Shown here in pieces: positions 34,371-48,819 of a DNA stretch of 64,000 nucleotides. Numbering within the stretch: position 1 is the stretch's first letter; each line of letters begins with the position of its first letter. The DNA comes from Eledone cirrhosa (Eukaryota), in assembly GCA_964016885.1 (NCBI GenBank), contig OZ024747.1:31186001-31250000 (forward strand). The letters are read 5' to 3'. A program made the translations under genes and the position numbers. The notes beneath the pieces were generated by a model that was not told the origin of the DNA, searched no databases, and saw only the letters and a list, made by a program, of their open reading frames with translations.

Positions 34371-35586
34371 ACCCTCTTCTTAGTGAGACAACTACAAGAA
34401 AGGTTCTTAGAGAAGAATAAGCCACTATGCTTAGCTTTTGTTAACCTATAGAAGGCCTTTGATAGAGTACTCCGATCTGTCATCTGGTGGTCTGTAAGGA
34501 AACTAACTGTAGAGGAATGGCTTGTGAGGACAGTGCAAGCTATGTACAGAGGAGCTGTCAATAAAGTGAAAGTAGGAATGGAGTTTAGAGAGGAATTCCA
34601 GATACAAGTAGGAGTGTATCAGGGTTTGGTCCTCAGCCCACTCTTATTCATTATAGTCCTCCAAGCCATAACAGAGGAGTTTAAGACTGGCTGCCCTTGG
34701 CGACTTCTCTATGCTGAATCTGGCACTTATCGCAGAATCAGTAGAGATGCTAGAGAATAAATTCTGGCTATGGAAACAACAGTAAGAGGAAAGAGGACAA
34801 AACGCTGATTCCATCAGAGAAACGGCCATGTTTGATATATAGAAATGGAGTTGGCATAAATTCTATAGAATGTACACAATGCAGATCTTGGGTACTCAAG
34901 AGGTGTAGTGGGATAGCAGGCACATTAATAGGTGGGGGAAACTACATATACAGTAGATGTTCAGGGAAATTTGATAGAAGAATTGGCAGTGATAGACACA
35001 TTTTTCAAATGCAGGTAGGATCTATAGAGGTGGTTGATAGTATCAAGAATAAGGATGGGTTGGAAGAAGTTTAGGGAGCGGCTTCGTCTGTTGACAAAGA
35101 AGGGTTTCTCCCTACGAACGAAAGGGCAGTTATATGATGCCTGCGTGAGATGCGTCATGCTGCATGGTAGTGAGACATGGGAAGCAACTGCAGAGGATAT
35201 GCGAATGGCTGGAGAGATATGAAGCAAGCATGCTCCAATGGATATACAATGTCAATGTGCAAGCATAGACGAGTTGAAAGTGAAACTGTGTATAAGAGGG
35301 GAAAATTGTAGTGTGCGGGAGAGAAGAGTGCATTGGAATGGACATGTGATGCACATGGAGGATGACTGCTGGGTAAAGAAGTGCCAAGAAATCCCAGTGG
35401 AAGGAAGATGCAGTACAGGAAGACCACGGAAATCATGGACGGAGGTGGTGAGAGCTGACCTCATTTCGCTGACTCTCACAGAGGAGATGATGAAGGGCCG
35501 TGACAAATGGAGAGATGCTGTGCTGAAAAAGACCCGTCCCACCCTTGCAAGCAGGGAAAAGCGGGAGTAAAATGATGATGATGATG
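34371..35586 (+). mobile_element. RTE-clade LINE, 3' part (continuation of 28240-30457)
   Basis: Resumes the STTDA/LFLVRQLQE sequence; ends CCCTTGCAAGCAGGGAAAAGCGGGAGTAAA(ATG)n. Confidence 0.9.
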
Positions 35587-37286
35587 TATATATATATATA
35601 TATATATATAAATATATACATACATATATACAAATACATAAATACGTATATAGAAATACATACATGCATATACTGATTACTCACTTTCCTGTCTATTTTT
35701 TTATGTCTTCTATATAATGTTTTATATAAATGCCTTATATGTAATTGTAATGTGATTTTCAAAGTCCCAGTTAGAAGAGCTATATTAGGCAGAATATTGA
35801 AGAGACTGTCAAACTTTAAGTAATAAACATTTCACTCTAATTATATATTGACTCTTTTGTTCAGGTAATGTTTTATGTTTTTTTTTTCACAATATATATA
35901 TATACACACATACACACACATATATATATAAATACATATACACAGACGCACATATATATATATGAGTGTGTGTGTGTGTTTGTGCCTGAGTGTGTTTGCT
36001 TTTACCATGAATGGATTTCCTTTTATATAAGTGAATTAAAACATAAAAGCACATTAAAAATATAGCATAGAAAAACATAGAAAAATGGAATATTATAGAT
36101 CAGTGTGAACTATCAAAATATATGGTGTGATGAGAAAAGGAATTTAAATATCTATTTAAATTATTCAATAATTAGATGTTTTCTCAGAAGTATGTATTTA
36201 AATGAATTCTCAACACAGCTTTTTCAAATGTGTACAGTCTTGTTCTTTATGGAGAGTCTTGTCTGATAGTTTACAGAAGTATATTTACAACATGAGAAAG
36301 AGAAAAAAAATATTGATGAAGGCATATAATGCATCTTGCAATGCATCAAGAAATCTGTTTTGAAAGATGAATGTCTTCAAGATATTTTTGGAAGTTTATG
36401 AGAATCTTTAATATTAAATACCATTGATCACTCCAGAGAGAAAAAAAAAAAAAAGTGCCAAGACATTTCCACACATTTTATGATGTTCATGATACATGCT
36501 TACTAAGCTGGCTGGTACATCTAGCCCAAAATTCTATCAAACAACACAAAATAAATGCTGTTGAAGCATTGATAAACTGTTATTAGGCTATTTACAACTA
36601 GATGGAAGATATCATCATCACTGTTTAACATCCATTTGTCCAAACTAGCATGGGTTAGACAAGTTATCCCATTGTGAGAAAACAAGAGCTGTTAAAAGGG
36701 TGATAAACTCTTCAGGGTTAAACTCATCTACCCCAACTATGGATTAACCCTTTAGCATTTACATTACTCTATATATGCTATTGTATTTTCATGGTAAAGG
36801 CTTTATCTCGCATAATTATCTCACATAATATCGAATCTATGAGATTTAAAAAGTATTTATTTTGAGAACAATACCTTAACATCAGTTTGAGCGACCAGTT
36901 ACAGCATGTTTCAACAGAAAGAGGTAGAGAATTCTGGCCGGTTTTGGCCAGTTTAAAGGGATAAATAGCCTCACCAACCCGTAATTGACCAAGTGTGGTG
37001 AGTATGGCTACACACCTGACATGATCAAAACCAAATAGAAAGCAGTAGAAGTCATCTTACAGGAGTGAGATGGCCCTGGATTGGACAAAATGCCTGACAG
37101 TTCTTTACATCCTGAATTCAAATCCTGCTATGTCAAATTTTCTACCCTCTGTGAGTCAATAAAATAAAGTAACAGTCAAGTACTGAGATTAATATAATTG
37201 ACTGTTCTTCAGCCCTGAAATTTCTGTTTTTGAGCATATGTTAGAAATTATCATTTATAAAATAGATTTTTTCTTTCAGTGCATTA

Positions 37287-37460
37287 GGAGTGTTGGTGGA
37301 AAAGTTCACAGGCTCACTAAGATACTCTCATTGAATGACCAAATGAAGTTTATTTTTCAAGTCTCTAGAAATAAACAATGCAGTTAAAAAGAAGAGTTGA
37401 AATTATTGTATGCATCCCTCCTTCATAGTCAGCCTATAAACTTTTCAGCCAACTCGCATA
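37287..37460. mobile_element. Mariner-like MITE
   Basis: TIRs GTTGGTGGAAAAGTTCACAGGCTCAC and GTCAGCCTATAAACTTTTCAGCCAAC. Confidence 0.55.
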
Positions 37461-38149
37461 AAATGATCTCTCTGTATGCCCCTCTCTCTATCTTGTGGCT
37501 AATGAACCAGTCTAGATGTTTTACAGTTTCTAGTTTGATGATTCCTTATTATAATCTCAAATTCAGCTGAGATTACTTTGCATTTTATCCATTCGAGCTC
37601 AATAAAACTGTTTGATACCAGTAATACACATGATGCCACCTGCCAACAAAGGAGATGTTACATGGTTACTTAAACTAAGAGAAATAGCAGCAAAATGTTA
37701 CTTAAATCACATACACCTTAATAGATTTAATTCTAATTACTCTAAAATGATAAGACAGTAAGGATTGAAATATCTTTGATCACAGATCAGCTTGGTCATG
37801 GCTGACCCAGGACTAAACATCATAAACACCTACTACTGGAACAACAACTCGTGTTGCTTTAACCACTCTGTAGAATTATCACTGACTCTCATTAACCTTT
37901 TCATGATCATATTTCTAATGAGATACAATTTCTATGGCATTTAATTATTTCTGAAAATAACGAAGAATAGGGTGACATTAATAAAATAATTAACTTTTCA
38001 TTATTAGTTTAGTGTAACTTAAATATTTCAGACATAAAATTATGTCAGAAAGTTTTAATTTAAATACCAACATTTTAATAAACAAGGTTTATATAACTGT
38101 CATATATGCTCCCTTCTGAATCCTCTTTGGGGTTTCAGGATATGCAATC

Positions 38150-38600
38150 TTAGTGAGTCCATCCCATGCCTCCCAGGAGGCTGAATTAAGAGCAAGAATT
38201 TCAGGAGCTGGTGCAGTAATGTGCCAGCTTCAGCATTCAGTAATCAGAAGGAGGGAGGTAGGTGTAAAAGCCAAACTTGCTCTCTTCAGTTTGGTATTCA
38301 TGCCACCCCTTGGGCAATTCCAGGTAGAGCTGCTACTTCTCCAAATTGAAACATCAAAGCTCTGATATTACAACCATGCTAGAATATCTCAGGAGAGAAT
38401 AGCTTGTCAGATTTTACTGGCAAAACCAACCACCATGGGACCTGGGTGTAGACCTGGAGCAAGATGGTTGGATAACATGAGTTTGGCTGGTATCACTTAG
38501 GGATTCAGCTGAATAAATTAGAGATGGTTGCTTTTGAGAAGACCGACTGCAAGGAGTGTTTGAGGAGTCTGCCCTCATGACCATCTCAAGAATAAGTGGG
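38150..38600 (+). mobile_element. Old Rex3/Expander-like RTE fragment
   Basis: ELRARISGAGAVMCQLQHSVIRRREVGVKAKLALF, VELLLLQIE; related copy at 57230-57630 (-). Confidence 0.6.
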
Positions 38601-41600
38601 CAAAGAAAAAGAGGTTTCATATAGGAACTGAAGGGATTTCAGGTGTATTAGTATTGAAAGAGTTAAAACAAACTGCTAAACCAGGGACTATCCTACTTTC
38701 ATGTAATATTAAACAACTCAGAATAGAGGCTGGTGACCCATCCCCATTTAATCTATTGGCTTAAACTAATTATTTTTCTTTTTCATGTGTGTTTTTGGAG
38801 ATTTCATCTATCAGTTTGAAATTAGAATGTGGGTGAAATTTCACCCACAGGCAAAGAGTTCTCCACTCTTTGAACACACTATCACCTTATATGAATATCA
38901 TAAGAAACTAGATAAATATATCCACTTTCAAAACAACTCATTCTTGTCTAATATTTGAAATATATGTCTAAAGCAAATTAAGATATTAAGAGGCAGTTAG
39001 AAAACCCTGATAAGTTTTAAATTAAGCAAATCCATTTGAAAGTTAAAGACACATCCCAACAAGCTTCCATAATTGAATTTGTAATGATGTGTATCTTTAT
39101 TTAACTGATTATACACATATAACAACTAGGTTGCGTAAGAACCTGGTGACATCATCGGGTGTAAATTGTGTAATAGATGTATACAAACTTTAAGGAAACA
39201 AGCAAAGAAAAAGTAGAGAAGAAAAATGTGTTTATGTTTTTGTTTTTGACTCAGAGGTGAATGAGGCAGCATGTTCTTATCATGCCTCACTGTCTCTGAG
39301 TGAATTATCTGTCCTGTTAGTTTGTTAAGTGAGTAGGGGAAAGTATATCCTACTGGGCAAATTACTACTACCTCTCAATTCTAACAACCTTTGGACAGCA
39401 GGCTAGAGAAGGGGTGAAGAATATCATGTTACAGACAATGGTAAGCTGCTTGGGTCAAGCTAAAGTCTATACATTTACTGGAAGTATATGACAGATGGGG
39501 GGGAAATTTAAAAAACATATCAAGTAGAAAAATTCAGGTTAAAATTGTTTAGAAGTTAAAGCTAAGGTTAATTTTAGGAATTGAAAATTAAAATCAAAAT
39601 TAAAATTGAATGTTTAAAAATATTTAACATTTAAGTAAATAAGTAGTCACATAGTTGGCCAGTGGAGTACCATATTAGAAAGACCAGTTACATTAAAGAT
39701 TCTAATTATAGAGTTGTTTAAATGAGGGACCTTATAAACAAACATAATGTCAGTTAATATCCACTTCGGATTCCTCTTATAGATCAATGTTATATTAAGG
39801 CCCTAGAAAAGGGAAATTTATTCATTTCCAAGCACTGAAGGAGGTGGACAGAACTAGGTGCCCTGGGTGCAGCTAGACAGGTCCCCACTGCCAGCGAGTG
39901 TCATAACATCTGCCATGTATTCCCAGTTACCTATCCTAGTGAGGTTAATACTAAAGTCGAGGAGTATCAAAACAATCTAATAAATATACATATAGTTAAT
40001 GGTGAATATGCGAAAGAGTATTTAATTAAAGGAAAGTATAATGTATCTGAGACATAGAAAAGAATGAGTAAAAAGTCTATCACAAATCTAATTGCAAGCG
40101 TATACAGAATGGAAGTCAAGGGAGTAAAACATATATAAAATAGAATCAAAAATACAAATAAAAATACAAATAAGAATAAAGAATAAAAAGTATAAAATGT
40201 AAGGTATAGAAAGACAAAATAACAAATTGGGTGAAACAGAAAAATGAGTAAACAGCAGAGCTAAAAAAATAGTAAAGCTTAGAAACAGTGAAGTTTAAAA
40301 AGTAAAATTAAAAATTTAGATTCAAAGATACATAGTTTGAGGAGTATAGTTTGAAAAAAATAGAATAAATGATAAGGATATAGGAATAGAGGTGATATCA
40401 GGTGAGAAGTAGTGTATGGTTTGAGTAGTAACCGTTTATGTAAATACCTATAAACCAAGAACCATAATGGTAAAATTCAGTCAGTATAAGGTATAGGATG
40501 TCAGGAAGAGAAGGGGTTGTGTGGGTGCTTCAGATAAATTGTAAGGTCCTACGGAGTTTTGATTGTTCCAAGTGTGGATATGTATAGATTCAGGGTGTGG
40601 TCCAAGTTGTGAGGCAGGCTTGTTTTCATCTGGTACGGCATAAATCCCACGGTGGTAAAAGTCCCGCATCGGTGAAAAAGCCTCTGTTCTCCATTACATC
40701 ATAAAACGCTGAACTGGATAAATGAGCATTATTTGTTTAAATTTGGTGGTTTATACTGGGTAGAATTGGTCATTCTGCAATGTTAACCATGACATAATAT
40801 GAGAAAAGCACTCGACACTGTGCAATTCATGCATCTCTGATGTTGAATTATGTTGGTAAATGTATTACAAAATGAAATAACAAGAGGCCAAAAATGTTGA
40901 ATTTCCTTAAATATTTATTTCTGCAAACACTATGCACATTTCAGTATATAGAATTAATATATTAGGGAACAAAGAATCAGTGTTGCATCATATACATATT
41001 TAAATATTACATATGTTTCACTGTCGACCTGCTCGAGGAGCGATCTATTAATGATCGACCCTGACTCTGGAATCAGAAGCCGCTCAGATATATTTTAACA
41101 TGTAGACTCGCGTCTGAGACTGGTTGAATATTATCCCGATTCCTTATATGCTACCACAAATGCTGTCATAGGGGTGTGTCACTGTATTCAATTGTTCATT
41201 TGTTTTCGGTCAGATCACAGCTGGGGGCTTCCTATAATTTAGTGGCTATTATCACCATCTCTGGTCAAATTGTCATATGTATCAATGCTTGTAGTCCTGT
41301 CTGTTTGACATCCAGTTATATTGTTTGAAGTAGGCATTAAGGAGAAAAGGCAATACAAGAATACATGGGTGAAGGAATATAAAGAGGTAAAAGAATAAAG
41401 ATACAAAATAAAAACCAATCCTAACTATGATACAAAGCCGATAAGAAAATAAATAAAAAAGATATTACGGACATATAATAATGATAAATAAAAAAAACAA
41501 TATCCATATGTAAAAGACAAAACAAAATATAATGTAATAACAGTGCAGATAAAGGATAAACAGTAAAAACAAAATATATACAAATATATATAATCTATAT

Positions 41601-41772
41601 AAATATATACAAATATATATACTGCTTATCATTTATCTGCAGTTATTACATTATATTTTTTTATATATGGATATTGTTTTTTATTTTTCATTATAATATG
41701 TCAGTAATATCTTTTTTTTTATTTTCTTATCGTGTGTATATTATATATATACATACACACAAAAATATATGT

Positions 41773-41803
<31 letters not shown>

Positions 41804-42235
41804 CACATACATATGTACACACACATTTACACATACATACACACACATACACACATATATACACATCCACACACATATATATATAAACATATACTCTCCT
41901 CCATCTTGACCCCCCCCCACACACACACAACCACACATATATATACACACACACACACACATGCACACTTACATATACAGCCACACAGACACCCATATGT
42001 GTAAAAGAAATCATACAAACATACTACTGCGTTAGAAGGAAAACATAATAGTCTTTTTCTAAAAATAAATATAGAGGGAACAGTTGGAGATGTGACAGGA
42101 GTAGGGGAAGTCAAGATGTTTCAAATAGAATCTATTGTCCATAGAGATGAGATAGCCAACCACAAAAAGGGATATTCCAAAAGCAAGGATATATGAACAA
42201 GTCGGATATGTACCCATATATTGTGATTGTATATA

Positions 42236-43058
42236 TCATCATCATCATCATCATCACCGTTTTACGTCCGTTCTTCCACGTTAGCATGGGTTAGACGGGT
42301 TGTCTTGTTGTGGGGAGTGTCTGGTCGGCTGACCATGCCTTGCTCATACAGGAACTGATTTGGCTTGATTTCTACAGCTGGATGCTCTTCCTAACACCAA
42401 CCTCATTTACAGTGAGTGCTGGGTGCTTTTTCGTGGCGCCTACACGTCCACTTTACAGTGTGGGCTGGGTGCTTTTATGCCGTGGCACCTCCACGACCAC
42501 CTTGCGGCGGGGGGGTGTGGGAGCATATTGTCTATATGCTTCAGCTTGTACCCATGGGAGGTCGGGTACTCTGTATTACTGCGTTACGCAAGAGGTCACG
42601 GTCCTGTGTCATTTCCTTTGAGAGGTGTAATTGGGTATGGTCGGCTTTTATCACCTCATCCCAGGTCATCTTGGGTCTCCCCACTCCGCGGTTTCCATCG
42701 ACTTCTAATGCTCTGTACCTTTTTATGCAGCTGTCATCCTTCATACGCATCACATGTCCATACCAGCGCAACCGCCTCTCCTGCACACAGCATTTGATTC
42801 CTCTTATGCTCAGTCTCTCTCTCAATTCATTTATGCTTTGTCATTCACGTATATTACTGTTACACATCCATCAGAGCATGCAGGCTTCGTTTCTCTCTAA
42901 TCTACGTAAGTCTTCCATCTTCAGCGCCCAGGTCTCACTACCATGTAACATCGCTGTTCGGATACACGCATCATACAGTCTGCCTTTCATTCTGAGGGAG
43001 AAGCCTTTTGCAGCTAGCAGTGGTAGTAGTTCCCTAAACTTCTTCCATACCGTTCTTA
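42236..43058 (-). mobile_element. 5'-truncated RTE-clade LINE
   Basis: WKKFRELLPLL, LHGSETW, RLRWYGHVMRM; RTE tail. Confidence 0.9.
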
Positions 43059-43535
43059 TATGTATATATGTGTGTGTATATATATATAAAATAAAGTACC
43101 AGTAATGCACTGGGATAATTGCTGGTCTTGTGCCAAAAGTAGAAACAATTATTATATGTAAATGTGTAACTATGTCTGTGTTGAAAGACATCTAGACATT
43201 AATACATAAGCACTTCACTAAATATGCATGACCAGCAGCTGGTCAACAGATTATAATATATTACAAGATGATATTTATATCCAGACATTGCTAAATTTCC
43301 TATAATTTTCAAGTTGTTTTCTTATTTATTCAACAGTTCTCTTCTACTGGTTTCTTTATTATTAGAACATTGGATAGAATGATTTGCGGTATTTGTTCAG
43401 TCTCTCTGTACTCTGAGTTCCACCTCTCTGTACTCTGAGTTCCACCGAGGTCAACATTGTCTTTCATCATTTTGAGAATGATGAATCAAATAAGAACATA
43501 TTTCATTACTAAACTGATGTTTATAATATATATAT

Positions 43536-43613
43536 AGGAAAATGTATGACCCCGACTGCAGAGCTCAAGCTATTTCTCGAAACAGCTTGAGCTCTGCCGT
43601 CGGGGGTCATACA
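43536..43613. repeat. Family F fold-back hairpin (short)
   Basis: TGTATGACCCCGAC..GAGCTCAAGCT.TTTC TC GAAACAGCTTGAGCTC..GTCGGGGGTCATACA. Confidence 0.65.
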
Positions 43614-43754
43614 AGGGGTAGGCAAAGAATTTCATAGGCTGACTCAAGAGGAGAGGAGATGAGGAAGAAACTGATGAGTGGAGAAATACTGTACTGAAAA
43701 GGACCCATCCAACCCATTTGAGCATGGAAAAACGGATTTTAAAATGTTAATGAT

Positions 43755-44146
43755 ATACAAGGCTCAGCTGAAAAGTTCATAGGCTAACTAAGGACTGACA
43801 TTTTGCATGTATTAATTTCAACGCTCCTTCTTAATAACTGCATCATCTCTTTCCAGGGACTATGATGAAAAATAAATCTCATTTGATCATTATATGAGAG
43901 TATCTTGGTCAGCCTACCATCATATATATATACGCACATATGCAAGGGTAGGCTGAAAAGTTCATTGGATGTCTATGAAGGACTAATGCTAGAGCTGTAA
44001 AAGGTTGCATCCATTAATATCGATGCTTCCTATTAATAAATGCATTGTTTCTTTCCAGAGACTATGTTGAAAAAGAAAGTTCATTTGGTCATTCCATGAG
44101 AGTGTCTTTGTTGGTCAGACAATGAATTTTTATCTGATGCTCACAA
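43755..44146. mobile_element. Two mariner-like MITE copies
   Basis: Repeated TIR GCTGAAAAGTTCATAGGCT; two homologous bodies at 43756-43915 and 43942-44145. Confidence 0.5.
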
Positions 44147-45096
44147 TTATGATGTAAGGATTTAAATATAAGTAGAAACATTTTAAAAATGAGTAGTTTT
44201 GTATCATAAATGCAGGGCAGCGCAGTTTAGTTTCAGGCAGTTTGATATCATATTCAAAGGATTGAGCAAATTAGTACTATGATGGAAGTTCAAACGATGA
44301 TTTTGGAATAATTACCATTCTGGAAGCATTATGTCTCATGGGCCTGTATCAATATCTACACAACTTAGAAACAAAAATAGTTGTTCCTGATATTGTGTAA
44401 ATATAACATAGAATAGAAAAATAATAAATGTTGTTGGGCTCACAGAATTTTGTTGCTGATTTTTATGGAAGCAATAATGTTCTTGGTGATTTGTATAGAG
44501 TGCTATGTATTCAAGTGGTAAACATTGCGATAATCTACAACCAGTAGTGGAATGTAACCCTATACAGAAGTTATGTTCTTTATAACTTCAATTGTGCAGA
44601 TAAATGTCAAACATTTTATAGTAGCCATTAAAATAACATGCCTGTCAGAGAAAATATTCCAATAAACACAATCTTTTCTTTTAAGAAACCAAAATACTTA
44701 ACTAATGTAAGCATGAGAAAATATCCTTGATCAATATAACATCAACCAAATATGATGATTACAAAGAGATGAAATTTGTTGATCATTCCTTTTTTACATG
44801 ATATATGCTTTTTTTTTAATCGGAGAACCAACTTTCCTTGCTTAAGCAAGGATATTGCTCTTATTATGTTTTATCTAGGATTTGATTTTCTTTCCTCTTT
44901 TCTATTTCTTCTCTTTGATATCATATAGATTTTATCTAAAAATATTCTGTCACTAATTTACTATTTATTTCTATACAAAAGTACAAAATGTAACTACTGA
45001 TGCAAGATGGATTTATGAATTATATCAACAGAAGCTATATCATATATATATACAAAACCCATGCTAGCATAGAAAAGTGGACATTAAATGGCAATG

Positions 45097-45136
<40 letters not shown>

Positions 45137-45164
45137 TAAGTCTATGTAAATATATATATATATA

Positions 45165-45685
45165 AACGGAAAAAATGAAACAAAATTTCATTTCCCACCC
45201 TTAGTATGGCTGCTACTTAAATATAAGTATGTACACGTACATACATATATGTATACAGACGTACAGTAGTATGTATATATATATACATACATGCACACAT
45301 ATATATATGTACGTATGGATTCACCAAACATTTATTATAATGCACCCGGCCGATTAACCCACTCGATATGCAAATTGGGCTACTCAGCCGTTAATGTGCA
45401 TAAGGTGAGTATATACGTTCAACAATCTGGCAGGAAGGTGTACGTTGCTGACGATAGCTAATAAGCTTGAAACTAGTACAGCGTTCCTTTGTCAGTGTTG
45501 AACAAACGAGCAACGATGGTTGCTGGACACTGCGGCTTAATACGGGATGTTTGTTTACAAACCCACCGAGCATTATAATAAATGTTCGGTGAATCCATAC
45601 GTACATATATATATGTGTGCATGTATGTATATAGATATACATACTACTGTACGTCTGTATACATATATGTATGTACGTGTACATA

Positions 45686-45690
<5 letters not shown>
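45165..45690 (+). mobile_element. Family D hammerhead element with long terminal inverted arms
   Basis: 45223-45342 inverts 45570-45690; homologous to 12933-13750. Confidence 0.78.
45442..45484 (+). ncRNA. Minimal hammerhead motif (family D)
   Basis: Identical to 13441-13483. Confidence 0.85.
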
Positions 45691-45734
<44 letters not shown>

Positions 45735-46701
45735 AGGAGTTGACGAACCCAGCATATTTATCAATGCCAGTACTGGTTGTATCTCAGCGTACTCAATAGG
45801 CAATGTAAGATACATTCCCAGAGTATACACAGTTATTCGCTTCAATACAACACATGTATATATATATGAGTGTGTGTTTGAAGCATATGATTAATACAAA
45901 TGTGAGTTTTCAAATTGGTGCCTATTCTATTTCATGAATCAACATGTCATGACAATAATTAACTTTCGAAACATACAAAAGACAAAGAAATCAAAAGAAG
46001 TGTAACAAATTCTAATTCGACAAAACTAACATGAATTAGTTTTGATAGCAATAGTAATACTGTGAATACTACATATTTGTAACCAGTCATAAGAGAATTA
46101 TAATAAATTAAAGCAAAATCAAATACAAACTACAAAGTCAGATTTAATGTATTTAAATTATAATTCAGTTTAATATTAATACAATAACTGAGCAATGACA
46201 ATGCCTCAAAGCATTATATTAAAATATGTATACAATAAACTATTACCTTAATGAGCCACCAATAAGGGAGAGTATGTAATTACTGAATCGGCAAGAAATA
46301 GCAGCTGAATATTCATTAATTCACACCCTACCATCTAAAAGACAGTATGCGGAACATAAACAAACGCCATTGCTTGCCTCAAAAGTTTTGTGTTAAAGAT
46401 GTACATAGCATATAACACACACACTTCCAAGTGATAGTGACCTGCTTTTTTCTCCAAGAAAGTTTTTTCTCATTTTTGCTACTGATCACTCTCTTTATCT
46501 TTCTATTTCTTCTTTAATTTCTCATTCTATTTTCTGATGAAGAACTAGTATCCTAAATATTACGGCTCATGTCTTACTATATTAAGCATAAAACTAATAT
46601 ATTTCTTCATTGTATTGTGTCATTTGCTTTGTTATTTCTGTTTACTTATACACACGTACACACACACATATATAAATGCATATATATATATATATATATA
46701 T

Positions 46702-48407
46702 ATCATCATCATCATCGTTTAATGTCCATCTTCCACACTAGCATGGGTTAGGCGGTGTTGTTCCATATGGTGTGGGAATGCTCGGCAGACCGTGTCTCAC
46801 ACGTACGGAAGTGTCTCTGGCAGGTTTTTTAGAGCTGGATGCACTTCCTAACACCAACCACATTTACAGTGTGGCCTGGGAGACTTTTTACCGTGTCTCC
46901 TACCCGGACACCTTACAGTGTGGGCTGTTGTGTCAGAACGAGTAAAGGAGGATGGGGTAGGGTGTGGGGAGTGGGGTGTACAATGGGTTATGAGGTGCCT
47001 ACTGACTAGGTTTGTATGAAATGGCAGTCAGGTCTTCTGTACAACTGCATGACACCAAAGGTCTCAATCCAGTGTCATTGTCATAGAGAGATGTAAGTCC
47101 TGCAATTTTTTATACAGCTGTCGTCCTCTATACACATCCCATGTCTATACCAACACAATCTCCTCTCCAGAACACAACATTTGGTACCTCGTATGCTTAG
47201 TCTCTCTCTCAATTCGTTTATCCTTCACCGTTCACGCACATTACTATTACACATTCATCAGAGCATGCAAGCTTCATTTCTTTCTAATCTATGGAAGTCT
47301 TCAGCACACAACGCTCAGGTCTCACTACCATGTAATATCGCTGTTCGTATACAAGCATCATACAGTCTGCCTCTCACTTTTAGAGAAAAACACCTTATGA
47401 CCAACAGCGGTATTAGCTCTCTGAACTTTTTTCTTCTTGTTCTAACTCTGGCTACTACAATTTCAGAGCACCCTCCTCCACTGCTGATTTTGTCCCCCAG
47501 GTAACAGAAAGTGTCTACTATTTCTATAGAACCATCTGGGCAGTTGAAGAAGATAACATCCAGTGGGTCCTTGCTACTTATTGCACCTGCACATCAGCCA
47601 CATATAAAAATATACATTCTTAGATAGCTTACCTGTGATCCCACTACAACTTTTATGTACCCATAGTTTGCATTTTGGACATAGAATGGAATTTCTACCT
47701 ACTCCTTTCTTACACACTGAGCATAGCCATTTCCAAGAGGTCACCTGTGCCCTATTCTCGTTTTTACATACTAGAACTTTAGTCTTAGACAAATTGATTC
47801 TAAGGCCTTTTGATTCTAGGCCATGCTTCCATGTTTGGAACTTCTTTAGTTCAGTTCAGCCATGGATTCAGCCATGAGAGTTAGATAATCTGCATATAGA
47901 AGTTCCCATGGGCAGCCAGTCTTAAATCCATCTATTATAGCCTGAAGGACAATAATAAATAGGAGGATTCTAAGGGAGCCTTGGTAAACCCCTACTTTTA
48001 TGCCAAATTCTTTATTCATTGTTAATTCTAATCTTTCTGACTGTTCCTCTATACATGGCTTGTATAGCTCTCACAAGCCATTCTTCCACTCCTAGTTTTC
48101 TATGAGCCCACCAGATTAAGGCACATGTGACTCTGTCAAAGGCCTTCTCCAGGTCAACAAAAGCTAAATAGAGGAGTTTACTGTTAGCTAGGTACTTCTC
48201 CTGTACTTGCTTTACAAGGAAAAGAGCATCTGTGGTACTTTTACATGGCACAAACCCAAACTGTATATCATCTAGATCAATTTGGACTCTAATCAGTTGA
48301 ATAATAACTCTTTCTGTGACTTTCATGACCTGGTCAACTAATTTAATGCCCCTATAGTTTACTCTATCCAGGGTGTCTCAGTTGACGATGATGCTGCTAC
48401 GCCAGTC
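46702..48407 (-). mobile_element. Decayed RTE-clade LINE
   Basis: QFGFVPCKSTTDALF, AFVDLEKAFDRV, Cys-rich insert, RTE tail. Confidence 0.9.
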
Positions 48408-48819
48408 ATATATATATATATAAATGCATATATATATATATATATATATAGTAATAATAATAAATTTGAAGACTAAAATCCAAAGAGGGCTCGATAATGA
48501 TAAATATATATCAAATATATAGGAAGAACCCGTTAAGGGTGAAAGCAGCGATTCTTTCCTTAAACTTTAATCTGTTATTTTAATAAATATATATATATAT
48601 CATCATTATCATTTTACGTCTGCTTTTCCCTGCTTGCAAGGGTATATATATATATATTTATATACATATATATGTATATGGGATAACAAGTTATCATTAT
48701 AGGTAATCCAGTTAGAGGTTGTGAGTACTCCGTATTGTGGATAGTTTTAACGTACAGTGTTGTTTGACTCAACAAGAGGTTTCCATCATCAGGTAGCGAG
48801 TTCGCGAGAATTCTCGGAG

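Noticed and set aside
36200-36600. Possible coding remnant
   Set aside because: Frames are short and stop-ridden with no motif I recognise.
46530-46560. Isolated CTGATGA motifs (also near 48785 minus and 55428)
   Set aside because: No correctly placed GAAA, stem III or closing stem I.
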